Below the pieces are notes generated by a model. It was not told where the DNA came from, searched no databases, and saw only the letters and a list, made by a program, of their open reading frames with translations. Both the position numbers and the translations under genes were made by a program. Shown here one piece after another: positions 1 through 9,590 of a DNA stretch of 64,000 nt. This DNA comes from Thermoproteota archaeon (GTDB lineage Archaea > Korarchaeota > Korarchaeia > Korarchaeales > Korarchaeaceae): NCBI GenBank assembly GCA_027492205.1, contig JAOZFN010000010.1, positions 1 through 64,000 of the forward strand, in the 5' to 3' direction. Position 1 is the first letter of the stretch. The number at the start of each line of letters is the position of its first letter.

Positions 1-115
1 TGGCGAAGTTCGGGGCCCCGTCCCTCGGGGTTATGAGCCACCTCCTGTAGAGACCCTTCGCCGACGAGACCGTCTCCTCCGGGATCTCTCTCCAGTGCCC
101 GACCTTGGGCCGCAT
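1..115 (-). CDS. Cupin domain protein, N-terminal part (runs off window)
   Basis: Own translation MRPKVGHWREIPEETVSAKGLYRRWLITPRDGAPNFA aligns with the cupin at 13379-13747; ATG overlaps the OsmC stop (TGATG). Confidence 0.8.
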   Translation of the reverse strand, partial: MRPKVGHWREIPEETVSSAKGLYRRWLITPRDGAPNFA

Positions 116-552
116 CACGCTCCTCCCCACTCCAGGTTGAACTCGATGTCCACGCAGTCCCTCAAGGTCCTTGCGAGGTGACAGTACCTCTCCGCTAGAT
201 CGGCCAACCTCTCCGCCTCTTCTTTCGAAAGACCGTCGATCCTGATCGTCGCCCAGATCTTGGTTATTTTGAATCCGCCTTCCCTCAACTCAGTTTTCGT
301 TTTGACCTTGACGGCCAGATTGGCCACACTGAGTTCCATCTTCTTGGCGAACCATACGGCCGTCGTCAGGAGGCACCCGCTCAGGCTGGCGGCGAACAGG
401 TCATCCGGGGAGGGGGCCTCGTTGAGGCCGCCAAACTCTACAGCCATGTCTATCTGAAGCTGATCGCCCCGAGGTAGCCTGACAGCGCCTCCTGTTCGGC
501 CGTTCCACCGCGCCTCAGCCTCACACACTATCGGCCCGTCCGGCTTCTTCAC
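115..552 (-). CDS. OsmC/Ohr family protein
   Basis: PSPDDLFAASLSGC ... AERYCHL two-Cys OsmC motifs; start (GTG 552 or TTG 558) inferred from GGTGA RBS. Confidence 0.85.
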   Translation of the reverse strand: MKKPDGPIVCEAEARWNGRTGGAVRLPRGDQLQIDMAVEFGGLNEAPSPDDLFAASLSGCLLTTAVWFAKKMELSVANLAVKVKTKTELREGGFKITKIWATIRIDGLSKEEAERLADLAERYCHLARTLRDCVDIEFNLEWGGA

Positions 553-637
553 CGCCAAGGGATCACCCGCACGCCCAGGATACAGAAACTTAAAGAATGT
601 GCACGCCCAACTCTTCGGTCTCCCTCGGATGCAGGAG

Positions 638-1120
638 ATGGATATACTGGTAGTCCTAGATGTGGAGGTCTCATCGGCTGAAGAAGTCATCCGCTATCTG
701 GGAAATCTCCTCCAGGAGAGAAGTTACGTTAAAGATACGTTTGTTGAGGCTACCATCGAGAGAGAAAAGAGCGTACCCACGGGACTGGAACTCGCCGGTG
801 GAGTCAACGCTGCGCTCCCTCACGCTGGCGTCGAGCACGTGAACAAGCCAGCACTGGCGGTAGCCAGGCTCAAGAGGCCCGTCACCTTCAGGAGAATGGA
901 TGATCCGGACTCTGAGGTGCCGGTTCGGATGGTGTTCATGCCCGCCATAAAGGATCCGAGCTCGTACATCCAGACCCTGATGAAGCTCGTTGACGTGTTC
1001 AAGGATCCCCAGGTAATGGAATCTCTAGTGAAAGCGCGCACCGAGCAAGAAGTCGAGCAGATTCTGAGGGAAGGGCTATCGACCCGAGAGGGGCAGGGAG
1101 AGTCTCAGGAAGGTTATTAA
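638..1120 (+). CDS. gatA: PTS EIIA component, galactitol/fructose-mannitol (IIA_2) family
   Basis: REKSVPTGL...ALPHA phospho-His motif; PVTFRRMDDP; start at ATG 629 or 638. Confidence 0.9.
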   Translation: MDILVVLDVEVSSAEEVIRYLGNLLQERSYVKDTFVEATIEREKSVPTGLELAGGVNAALPHAGVEHVNKPALAVARLKRPVTFRRMDDPDSEVPVRMVFMPAIKDPSSYIQTLMKLVDVFKDPQVMESLVKARTEQEVEQILREGLSTREGQGESQEGY

Positions 1121-1156
1121 GTATGGTAGTCCTTACCAGGCCGCCGGGGGGAGTCT

Positions 1157-1483
1157 ATGAGCGCGAAGCCCCGGGACATCAAGATCCTCGTCGCTTGTGG
1201 GACAGCAATAGCTACCGCCACGGTCGTGGCGGGAAAGATCAAGCAGGCCTTTGACAGGCTGAAGATTCCCGTCACGATAGTTCAGTGTAAGGCCTCCGAG
1301 GTCCAGGGGAAGATCGAGGTCTTCGATCCAGACGTGATAGTCGCCAACACGCCAGTCTCCGAGAAGGCCGCCAGGGGTAAGCCCGTGATTAATGGGGTTC
1401 CTTTCCTTACGGGCATAGGGGAGAAGGAGGCTCTGAAGAAAATATTCGAGGCGGTGGGGATAACTCCTCCCGCAGATCTATGA
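1157..1483 (+). CDS. gatB: PTS EIIB component, galactitol family
   Basis: ILVACGTAIATAT phospho-Cys loop; C-terminal PFLTGIG. Confidence 0.9.
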   Translation: MSAKPRDIKILVACGTAIATATVVAGKIKQAFDRLKIPVTIVQCKASEVQGKIEVFDPDVIVANTPVSEKAARGKPVINGVPFLTGIGEKEALKKIFEAVGITPPADL

Positions 1484-1495
1484 AAAATTTACAGG

Positions 1496-1580
1496 CTCAG
1501 AGTTGCCCAAATCAGCCCAAACCGCTCTCGTGGGTCCCTCTTGGGGCAGCAAGCTGAGGAGCTTCTCTTTCTTTTTTGTA
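1496..1580 (+). terminator. Hairpin followed by pyrimidine/T tract between EIIB and EIIC
   Basis: CTCAG/CTGAG and GTTGCCC/GGGCAGC stems followed by TTCTCTTTCTTTTTT. Confidence 0.45.
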
Positions 1581-1656
1581 ACAATCGCTAACTTTATTAG
1601 TAAGAGTCGAAGTTGTGGTAGTCAGCCGTCGAGCGCAGACGGCTGGTGAGTGTGAG

Positions 1657-2925
1657 ATGGACATCGTCGGAGCAGTCCAATGGTTCCTGGGGCTGGGGGC
1701 CACCGTCGCCATACCGATAATCCTCTTCATAGTGGGTCTCGCCTTCAAGATCCCAGCGAGCAAGGCCTTCAGGGCGGCGCTGACCATCGCCTGCGGCTTC
1801 GTGGGTATCAACCTGGTTATCGGCCTGCTGTGGGGTACCATGAGCGACGTCGCCCAGGCGATGGTGCAGAGGACTGGCATAGAGCTGACCGTCATCGATG
1901 TGGGCTGGCCAGCAGCGGCCGCCATCGCCTGGGGCACGATCGTGGGAGCCCTGACCATTCCCATAGACTTCATCATCAACATCATCATGCTGGCCCTGGG
2001 CCTGACCAAGACCATGGACATCGACTTCTGGAACTACTGGCACTTCGCCTTCACCGGCTCCCTGGTTACCATGGCCACCGACAGCGTCCCGCTCGGCCTG
2101 ATCGCCTCGGCAATAAACGCGATTATCGTGTTCAAACTGGGAGACTGGACGGCTGAGGGAGTCCAAGAGATGCTCGGGATCCCCGGCATCTCGCTCCCCC
2201 ACGGCTTCTCCGCCGCCTACGTCCCAATAGGCATTCCCATCAAGAAGGCGATCGATGCCATACCACCTCTGCGAGACGTCAGGGCCGACCCAGAGGCCAT
2301 CCGGGAGAGACTGGGGGTACTGGGAGAGCCCATGGTCATAGGCTTCGTAATCGGCATCCTGCTGGCCATTGCTGCCGGCCAGGACGTAGCCGGTATCCTG
2401 AACACGGGCGTCACCCTGGCCGGCGTCATGTACCTGATGCCAAAGGTCGTAGCGATACTGATGGAGGGTCTGGTCCCGATCTCTGAAGCTGGCAAGAAGA
2501 TCCTGGAGGAGAAGTACGGCGGAAGGGAGATGTACATAGGTCTGGACTCTGCAATCGCCATCGGTCACCCGACCGCCATCGCCGCGGCCTTGATACTGGT
2601 GCCCATCACCATTGGCCTGGCGTTCATCCTGCCCGGCAACAAGTTCCTGCCCCTTGCCGACCTGGCCGTGTTGCCCTTCATGGTCTGCATGCTGGTGCCG
2701 ATCGTGAAGGGCAACGTGGTTCACACCGTGATCATCGGGGCCATAGTCCTAATCCCGGCCATGTACATCGGCACCTTCTTGGCGCCGTACGTGACCCAGG
2801 CCGCCATCACGGCCGGCTTTGAGGCCCCAGAGGGGGCGACCCTGATTTCCAGCATCTGCGACGGGACCAATCCGCTGACCTTCGTCCTCTTCTTGCCGTT
2901 CTACCTCCTCTTCGGGAAGAAGTGA
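1657..2925 (+). CDS. gatC: PTS EIIC permease, galactitol family
   Basis: IDVGWPAAAAIAW, DIDFWNYWHFAFTG, YIGLDSAIAIGHP, LPGNKFLPLADL; GGTGA RBS before ATG 1657. Confidence 0.93.
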   Translation: MDIVGAVQWFLGLGATVAIPIILFIVGLAFKIPASKAFRAALTIACGFVGINLVIGLLWGTMSDVAQAMVQRTGIELTVIDVGWPAAAAIAWGTIVGALTIPIDFIINIIMLALGLTKTMDIDFWNYWHFAFTGSLVTMATDSVPLGLIASAINAIIVFKLGDWTAEGVQEMLGIPGISLPHGFSAAYVPIGIPIKKAIDAIPPLRDVRADPEAIRERLGVLGEPMVIGFVIGILLAIAAGQDVAGILNTGVTLAGVMYLMPKVVAILMEGLVPISEAGKKILEEKYGGREMYIGLDSAIAIGHPTAIAAALILVPITIGLAFILPGNKFLPLADLAVLPFMVCMLVPIVKGNVVHTVIIGAIVLIPAMYIGTFLAPYVTQAAITAGFEAPEGATLISSICDGTNPLTFVLFLPFYLLFGKK

Positions 2926-2997
2926 CCCCATCCCTCTTCCCCTCTTTTTATTACGGCTGGCTTCCTCTAAAGGTTCGTCAGAAGGAGGGACTCCATA

Positions 2998-3486
2998 TTG
3001 GACGAGTTTAACAGAGGCAAGGCCGTCCTTCTCTCGTACAAGAGAGAGATCGCGGTGACGATGGTCGTTCTGGTGCTCACCGTAATGTGGCTCCACTCGG
3101 CCTTCAGCGTTCACTCCAACCTCAGGCTCGTGTACGCCCAACCCTACGTTAGCGGAGACTTCACCGGTCTTGCGTTGAACTTCACACTAAAGAACGACGG
3201 ATTCTACCCACTCTTCGTTTCTGCGGGCATGAGCCTGAGAGACCCGGAGACGGGGGATGTGATCGAGAACTTCTCTGCTTCACTGGGACTGGTCAAGGGT
3301 CGCAGCGACGGCTACAGGGTACTCCTGCTCCCGCTGCCGCCCCAGACAATCGAGCACCTCCCCCCGAGGATCGAGGTCGACGTGGTGAGCTACTACGAGG
3401 CAAAGCTGTTTTGGCTGCCCGGCATTCGCGTGCCTCTCCACAAGGAGCTCATCGCTCCCGTGCTGAACGAGACGTGGAGGGGGTGA
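2998..3486 (+). CDS. Hypothetical membrane-anchored protein
   Basis: N-terminal hydrophobic helix followed by a beta-rich domain; GGAGG upstream of TTG. Confidence 0.65.
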   Translation: MDEFNRGKAVLLSYKREIAVTMVVLVLTVMWLHSAFSVHSNLRLVYAQPYVSGDFTGLALNFTLKNDGFYPLFVSAGMSLRDPETGDVIENFSASLGLVKGRSDGYRVLLLPLPPQTIEHLPPRIEVDVVSYYEAKLFWLPGIRVPLHKELIAPVLNETWRG

Positions 3487-3536
3487 CAGAATCGACCTCG
3501 GAGAGAGAAACGCCAAAAAAGGACTCGGGGAGGAGC

Positions 3537-4667
3537 TTAAACCAGCTCCTCCGGGTTCTCCAAGAGTTCGACCACCCGCCTGAGGAACCTGGCGGCGGGC
3601 ACGCCGTCCACGGCCCTGTGGTCGAAGACCAGACAGAGGGCCATCTGGGGCCTGACCTCGATCTCCCCTCCAGTTACGACCGGCGTCTGGGTGATCGCGC
3701 CCACGCCGAGTATGGCGGACTGAGGCGGATTGATGATCGGCGTGAATATCTCCACTCCCTCGGAGCCCAGGTTCGAGACAGTGAATGTGCCCCCGGAGAC
3801 GTCCCTGGGGCTGAGCCCCTCCTCGCTCCGAGCCCTGCTTGCAAGCTCCTCTATTTCCCTGGTTATCTGCATCAAGTCCTTCTTGTTGGCGTCTCGGACG
3901 ACGGGCACCACGAGCCCGTCTGGAATGCTCACCGCGACGCCCACATTGATATCGTCGTAAACGACAATTTTGTCTCCCACAACGCTCGAGTTAAGTTCTC
4001 TGTTCTCCTCGAGGGCCTTGGCCACCGCCTTCACCACGAGGGCTGTTATTGAGAACTTTCTCCCCCCGGCAGCTTCGCGCCTCCTGAGTTCTAGAACTCT
4101 CGACATGTCCGCCCTCATGACTATCGTGACGCTCGGGATCTCCCTATGACTCTCCGTCAGCCTTCTGGCTATAGTTCCCCTCTTGCCAGTCAGCTCGATC
4201 TCCTTCAGGACTCTCGGCCCCTCCTCGCCAAGCTCAGCCCTGAGCCCGGTGGATTCCACGTACCTGAGGATGTCCTCTCTGGTTATCCTCCCGCCGGGGC
4301 CCGTACCCTGCACCTCCCTGAGGTCGATCCCGTACTCCCTGGCCAGCCGCCTGGCGGCCGGGCTGGCCCTCACCTCCAACACCTCGCGGGGGGCCTCCCG
4401 CCTGAACTCCTCCTCCGAGACCTGTTCCCCAGGAGCCGCGATGATGGCCAGCGCCGTGAGCACCGGAACTTCCTCTCCCTCCTGTACGAGGATCTTGACG
4501 AGCACGCCGTCGGCGGGCGATTCGATCGGAAAGGTGGTCTTCTCCCCTTCTGCGGTCGCTATCTCCTCGCCCCTCTTGACGGGCTCACCCTCTCTCTTCA
4601 GCCACCTGACCAGCTTTCCCGTCTTCATTCCCGGGTCGAGGCGGGGCATCACGACCTTCCACGGCAT
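3537..4667 (-). CDS. Dihydrolipoamide acyltransferase (E2) of a 2-oxoacid/acetoin dehydrogenase
   Basis: Lipoyl domain (EGEKTT), E3-binding domain (ASPAARRLA...GTGPGGRI), catalytic DHRAVDG. Confidence 0.93.
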   Translation of the reverse strand: MPWKVVMPRLDPGMKTGKLVRWLKREGEPVKRGEEIATAEGEKTTFPIESPADGVLVKILVQEGEEVPVLTALAIIAAPGEQVSEEEFRREAPREVLEVRASPAARRLAREYGIDLREVQGTGPGGRITREDILRYVESTGLRAELGEEGPRVLKEIELTGKRGTIARRLTESHREIPSVTIVMRADMSRVLELRRREAAGGRKFSITALVVKAVAKALEENRELNSSVVGDKIVVYDDINVGVAVSIPDGLVVPVVRDANKKDLMQITREIEELASRARSEEGLSPRDVSGGTFTVSNLGSEGVEIFTPIINPPQSAILGVGAITQTPVVTGGEIEVRPQMALCLVFDHRAVDGVPAARFLRRVVELLENPEELV

Positions 4668-4685
4668 CGCGATCCTCCCGACTGG

Positions 4686-5675
4686 TTACACCATGCCTTC
4701 CACCGCCTCAACTATGTCCTTTGCCCAGCGCATGTACCGGTTCTCGAGCGGGGGGGAGAACGGGATGGGCATATCGGGCGACGCCACCCTCACGATCGGG
4801 GCGTCTAGATAGTCGAAAGCTCCCTCGACGATCGTGGCCGCCAGCTCGGCGGTGACGCCGCCGGTCTTGCAGTCGTCCGCCGCCACGACGGCCCTCCCCG
4901 TCTTCTTCACGGACTCCACTATCGTCTGCCTGTCCAGGGGGTTGAGGGTCCTTGGATCAATCACCTCCGCGCTTATCCCCTTCTTTTCGAGCTCTTCAGC
5001 GGCCTTCAGAGCCTCGTGAACCATCCTGGACACCGCCACTATGGTGACGTCGCTCCCCTCTCTCTTAACATCCGCCACGCCCAGGGGGATCTCGTAGGGC
5101 TCCTCCGGCACGGGGCCCTTTACCCCGTAGTAGAGGACGGCGCACTCAACGAACAGCACTGGATTGTCGTCCCTTATGGAGCCGATTATCAGCCCCTTCG
5201 CGTCGTAGGGGGTTGAGGGAGTCACCACCTTCAGGCCCGGGACGTTCATGTACCAGGCCGGGAAGAAGTTGGAGTGCTGGGCGGCGTGCGCCCTCCCCAG
5301 GCTGTACTGGGTCCTCACCACGAGGGGGATCCTCAGCTTCCCCCCGGATGAGAACCTCATCTTCGCGGCCTGGATGACCAGCTGCTCGGTCGCTATGGGC
5401 AGGAAGTCCATGTACATGATCTCGGCCACGGGCCTGAGACCCATTATTGCGGCCCCTATGGCGGCGCCCACAATCGCGATCTCTGAGATGGGGGTGTCTC
5501 TGACCCTCTCCGGGCCGAACTCCTCAAGGAGGCCCTTGGTGACCTTGAAGGCGCCCCCGTAAGCGCCTATGTCCTCTCCCATCAGGACGACGCTCTCGTC
5601 CCTCTGCATCTCCTGCCTGAGGCCCTCCCTGATGGCCTCGGCGTAGGTCAGGATCCTCTCCTCACCTGTGCTCAC
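4686..5675 (-). CDS. 2-oxoacid/acetoin dehydrogenase E1 beta subunit
   Basis: GEDIGAYGG, DTPISE, AAQHS, IDPRTLNPLD. Confidence 0.93.
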   Translation of the reverse strand: MSTGEERILTYAEAIREGLRQEMQRDESVVLMGEDIGAYGGAFKVTKGLLEEFGPERVRDTPISEIAIVGAAIGAAIMGLRPVAEIMYMDFLPIATEQLVIQAAKMRFSSGGKLRIPLVVRTQYSLGRAHAAQHSNFFPAWYMNVPGLKVVTPSTPYDAKGLIIGSIRDDNPVLFVECAVLYYGVKGPVPEEPYEIPLGVADVKREGSDVTIVAVSRMVHEALKAAEELEKKGISAEVIDPRTLNPLDRQTIVESVKKTGRAVVAADDCKTGGVTAELAATIVEGAFDYLDAPIVRVASPDMPIPFSPPLENRYMRWAKDIVEAVEGMV

Positions 5676-6700
5676 GCGTAAACCACCTCCCAGAGCTTGT
5701 CGAACTCGAGGACCTCGCTCTCCTCGGCGAACTTCACTGCCTCCTCGATCTCTTTGGCCACCTCTTCTCTGACCTCCTTCAGGCGATCTTCTGTGGTAAT
5801 TCCAGCCTCAATTAACTTCTGCTCGAACCTGGGGAGCGGATCCTTCTTCTCCCATTCTTCGACCTCCCCCTTGGGCCTGTACGTGGCCTTGTCGTAGACG
5901 CCGTGCCCCTTGAGCCGGTAGGTGATGAACTCTATGAGGGTTGGACCCTCTCCGCGGAGCGCCCGATCGGCGGCCTCTTTGGTGGCCTTGTAGACGCTGA
6001 GGACGTCGTTTCCGTCGGCAATCACGCCGGGCATGCCGTAGGCCGCGGCTCGGTAGGCAACCCGGCCGCACGTTATCGACTTTCTCGCCGGCATGGACAT
6101 GCCCCACTGGTTGTTCTCGCAGGCGAAGATGACCGGGAGCTTCCAGAAGGAGGCGAGGTTGAGCCCCTCGTGGAACGCGCCGGTGTTCGCGGCGCCGTCG
6201 CTGAAGAACCCGACGACGACGCCCCTTTCTCCCCTGTACCTCAGGGCCAGCGCGGCCCCTGCCGCTATGGGTATCCCGCTCCCCACGATCGCCGAGGCCC
6301 AGAGGGCGCCCCGCTTGGGATCTATGGCCACGTGCATGGACCCGCCGAGTCCCTTGACCACGCCGGTCTCCTTGCCGAATAGCTCGGCCATGACCTCCTT
6401 CGGCGGGATGCCCATGGCCAGCGCGTGCCCGTGGCCCCTGTGGTGGCTTACTATGTATCCAAACCCTTCTATTGCCCGGGCCACGCCTACGGCAATTGCC
6501 TCCTCTCCAGTATAGAGGTGGGCGGTTCCCTGGATCCTGGCCTCATAGAGGTACAGCTGCTCCACCCTGTTTTCGAAGAGGCGAAGTTCGACCAGCTTCC
6601 TGTACATCCGAAGGAGGTCTCCCTCGGTCAGCCCGAGTGAAAGAGCCTCTTGAACTGAGACCTCCCCAATCTCCTCTATCTCGATCTCGAGCTTGGCCAA
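5672..6700 (-). CDS. 2-oxoacid/acetoin dehydrogenase E1 alpha subunit (TPP-dependent)
   Basis: HRGHGH, GGSMH, SDGAAN...ENNQW TPP motif, TYRLKGH. Confidence 0.93.
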   Translation of the reverse strand: MAKLEIEIEEIGEVSVQEALSLGLTEGDLLRMYRKLVELRLFENRVEQLYLYEARIQGTAHLYTGEEAIAVGVARAIEGFGYIVSHHRGHGHALAMGIPPKEVMAELFGKETGVVKGLGGSMHVAIDPKRGALWASAIVGSGIPIAAGAALALRYRGERGVVVGFFSDGAANTGAFHEGLNLASFWKLPVIFACENNQWGMSMPARKSITCGRVAYRAAAYGMPGVIADGNDVLSVYKATKEAADRALRGEGPTLIEFITYRLKGHGVYDKATYRPKGEVEEWEKKDPLPRFEQKLIEAGITTEDRLKEVREEVAKEIEEAVKFAEESEVLEFDKLWEVVYA

Positions 6701-6760
6701 CGTGGAGGCACCGTTGAAAAGTATAGGACAATCTTATAGTTTTTGATGAAGTGCGTCGGT

Positions 6761-7426
6761 TCACGCCCTGCCCTCCGCGCACCTCCTGAGCAACCTCGCG
6801 GCTTCTGCCGGGTCTTCTTTACCAAATATCGCCGAACCGGCGATCAATACGGTGGCTCCGGCCTCGACGACCTTACTGACGGTTGAGCAGTTCATCCCTC
6901 CATCCACGGCTATCTCCAGATTGAGTTTCCCGTCCTCTATCAGCCGCCTCAGCTTCCATATCTTTCGGAGCGTTCCCTCGATGAACCTCTGACCCCCAAA
7001 CCCGGGCTCAACGGTCATAACGAGGACCCGGTCGACCGAGTCGAGTAACTCTTCGATCGTCGAGAGGGGGGTGCCGGGGTTCAAGGCCACCCCGACCTTC
7101 ACGCCAGCAGATCTGAGCGACGTCGAGAGGTAGATCGGCCTGCTTGCGGCCTCTACGTGGAAGTAGACCACGTCCGCTCCTGCCTCCGCAAACCTCTCAG
7201 CATACCTCTCTGGAAGCTCTATCATCAGGTGAGCCTCTATCGGGAGGTCGGTTGTCCGCCTGAGAGCCCTGACGACGGGGAGCCCAAAGGAGAGGTTGGG
7301 AACGAAGTGACCGTCCATGACGTCCACGTGGATGCTGTCCACCCCACCTTCCTGGGCGCGAGCAACCTCCTCTCTGAGATTCGAGAGGTCTGCAGAGAGT
7401 ATGGAAGCAGAGAGACTGACGGTCAT
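6761..7426 (-). CDS. rpe: Ribulose-phosphate 3-epimerase
   Basis: SILSAD, HVDVMDGHFVPN, MTVEPGFGGQ, VDGG. Confidence 0.95.
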   Translation of the reverse strand: MTVSLSASILSADLSNLREEVARAQEGGVDSIHVDVMDGHFVPNLSFGLPVVRALRRTTDLPIEAHLMIELPERYAERFAEAGADVVYFHVEAASRPIYLSTSLRSAGVKVGVALNPGTPLSTIEELLDSVDRVLVMTVEPGFGGQRFIEGTLRKIWKLRRLIEDGKLNLEIAVDGGMNCSTVSKVVEAGATVLIAGSAIFGKEDPAEAARLLRRCAEGRA

Positions 7427-7492
7427 TCGACTCAACGTCCTAGACAATTATTTAAGGATCCTTTCCCTTCGGGTTGGCTTCGGATGTGCTCA

Positions 7493-7768
7493 ATGGCCCG
7501 CGCCGAAACGACTGTTCAGCTGAAGAACAAGGTGGGCCTCCACGCCAGACCAGCATCCCTCTTCGTGCAGACGGCAAAGAAGTTCAAGTCAAAAATCGTC
7601 GTCAGAAAGGATGATAAGGAAGCCGACGCAAAGAGCATCCTCGGAGTGCTCTCTCTGGGCGCCGAGTACGGGCACTGGATAACGATAGTGGCTGAAGGAG
7701 ATGATGCTGAGGAGGCGGTCCAGGCCCTGGCGTCCCTAGTTGAGAGCCGCTTCGGGGAGGCGGAGTAA
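7493..7768 (+). CDS. ptsH: Phosphocarrier protein HPr
   Basis: GLHARPA (His15 motif) and DAKSILG (Ser46 motif); ATG at 7493. Confidence 0.95.
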   Translation: MARAETTVQLKNKVGLHARPASLFVQTAKKFKSKIVVRKDDKEADAKSILGVLSLGAEYGHWITIVAEGDDAEEAVQALASLVESRFGEAE

Positions 7769-7769
7769 C

Positions 7770-9521
7770 TTGCGGGCTGGCCCCCGGGAGTTCAGAGGTA
7801 TCCCCGCCTCACCGGGCGTCGCGGTGGGGAGGGCCTACCTCTACGTCCGGGGTTACGTCGAGGTAGAGAAGAGGGAGCTGAGCGAAGAAGAGGTCGAGGG
7901 CGAGATACTCAGGTTTGAGAGCGCCATAACGCTCGCGAAGGGTTACCTGAAGAAGCTCTACGAGCGGGTGAAGTCTGAGATAGGCGAAGAAGAGGCGGAG
8001 ATCTACGAGGCGCACCTCATGATCTTGGAGGACGAGACGTCCTTCCTCAAGCCGGTCGAGGTAATGATCCGGGAGCAGAGGGTCAACGCGGAGTACGCGG
8101 TTGAGACCGTCCTTGAGAGGGTCGCCAAGCTGTTTGAGGAGATGGAGAGCCAGTACATGAGGGAGAGGGCGGCAGACGTCCGGGACGTCAAGAGGCTCGT
8201 CTTGACGGCCTTAAAGGGGAAGATAAACGAGATCTCTGCCCCGCCAGAGGAGTCGATAGTCGTGGCCCATGAGCTCCTGCCGAGCGACATGGCCACCTTG
8301 GACAAGTCGAAGGTCCTCGGCTTCGCAACAGACAAGGGAGGTCCCACCTCCCACGTGGCCATCGTGGCCAGGACCCTGGGCATACCGGCCGTGGTGGGGC
8401 TCAGGGAGCTCTCCGTCCTCGTTCGTGCTGGCGACCCCATCGTGGTGGACGGAGACCAGGGGTTGGTGATAGTCAGGCCCGACAGGGAAACCATGAAGAG
8501 CTACAGGGTGAAGATGTCCGAGCAGATCCGCGAGAGGATGCTCCTGATGAAGTACGCCCCCCTGCCGGCGGAGACCAAGGATGGATTCAGGATAGGCGTG
8601 TTCGCAAACGTGGGGGGGTTGGAAGACCTAAATTACGCTCTGTCCATGGGCGCCGAGGGTATTGGCCTCCTGAGGACCGAGTTCATGTACGTCAGCTCCC
8701 CCAGGTTCCCGACCGAGGAGGAGCTCTACACGAACCTGAGGGGGTTCGTCGGGAAGATGGGTAACAGGCCCGTCATAGTGAGGACACTCGACATTGGAGC
8801 AGATAAGCCGCTGCCGTACTTCACCATGCCGCCCGAGCCGAACCCGATGCTTGGCTGGCGCGGCATAAGGGTGACCCTCGACAGGCCCGAGATCCTGCTG
8901 ACCCAGGTCAAGGCCGCCCTTAGGGCGGCCTCCCTGGGCAACCTCTGGGTTATGTTCCCCATGATCTCCTCGGTTGAGGAGGTGAGGAAGGCCAAAGAGG
9001 TAGTTCACGACGCGGCCTCCCAGCTGAAGAAGGAGGGCAAGGAGTTCCGGGAGGATGTCAAAATCGGCATAATGATCGAGACGCCCTCCGCCGTACTCAT
9101 GGCCCGAGACTTGGCCAAGGAGGTGGACTTCTTCAGCATAGGCACCAACGACTTAACGCAATACGTCATGGCCGCCGACAGGACGAACGAACTGGTCTCA
9201 GGCCTGTACAGCCACTTTCAGCCCGCCGTTATAAGGGCCGTAAAGGGGGTGGTCGAGGCCGCGAGGGAGGCCAGGATACATGTGGGCATGTGCGGGGAGA
9301 TGGCAGGTGACGAGCTGGCGATTCCGCTGCTGGTGGGAATGGGGCTAGATGAGATCAGCATGGCGCCCACCTCAATTCCGAGGGCCAAGAGGCTTGTCAG
9401 GTCGATAACTAAGGAGTCCGCGGAGAAACTCGTCGCGGAGGCTTTGGAAGCTGCAACGCTAGGTGAGGTCAAGAGGATCCTAGAGGGTTTCACGAGGTCA
9501 ATTTCATACTCTGGGCCGTGA
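7770..9521 (+). CDS. ptsI: PEP-protein phosphotransferase (PTS enzyme I)
   Basis: GIPASPGVAVG, GGPTSHVAI, GLLRTEF, EPNPMLGWRG, FSIGTNDLTQY, MCGEMAG. Confidence 0.96.
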   Translation: MRAGPREFRGIPASPGVAVGRAYLYVRGYVEVEKRELSEEEVEGEILRFESAITLAKGYLKKLYERVKSEIGEEEAEIYEAHLMILEDETSFLKPVEVMIREQRVNAEYAVETVLERVAKLFEEMESQYMRERAADVRDVKRLVLTALKGKINEISAPPEESIVVAHELLPSDMATLDKSKVLGFATDKGGPTSHVAIVARTLGIPAVVGLRELSVLVRAGDPIVVDGDQGLVIVRPDRETMKSYRVKMSEQIRERMLLMKYAPLPAETKDGFRIGVFANVGGLEDLNYALSMGAEGIGLLRTEFMYVSSPRFPTEEELYTNLRGFVGKMGNRPVIVRTLDIGADKPLPYFTMPPEPNPMLGWRGIRVTLDRPEILLTQVKAALRAASLGNLWVMFPMISSVEEVRKAKEVVHDAASQLKKEGKEFREDVKIGIMIETPSAVLMARDLAKEVDFFSIGTNDLTQYVMAADRTNELVSGLYSHFQPAVIRAVKGVVEAAREARIHVGMCGEMAGDELAIPLLVGMGLDEISMAPTSIPRAKRLVRSITKESAEKLVAEALEAATLGEVKRILEGFTRSISYSGP

Positions 9522-9590
9522 GCCTGCGGGCGGTCCTTCTCTTATCGAGCTTTATTTAGGAGAGTCGTTGCCCCGTTGCCCTGATCCCCG

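Noticed and set aside
1597-2724. Long antisense/alternative-frame ORFs (here and at 39505-40503, 51576-52400, 62658-63473 and others)
   Set aside because: Shadows of real genes caused by high GC3; no motifs
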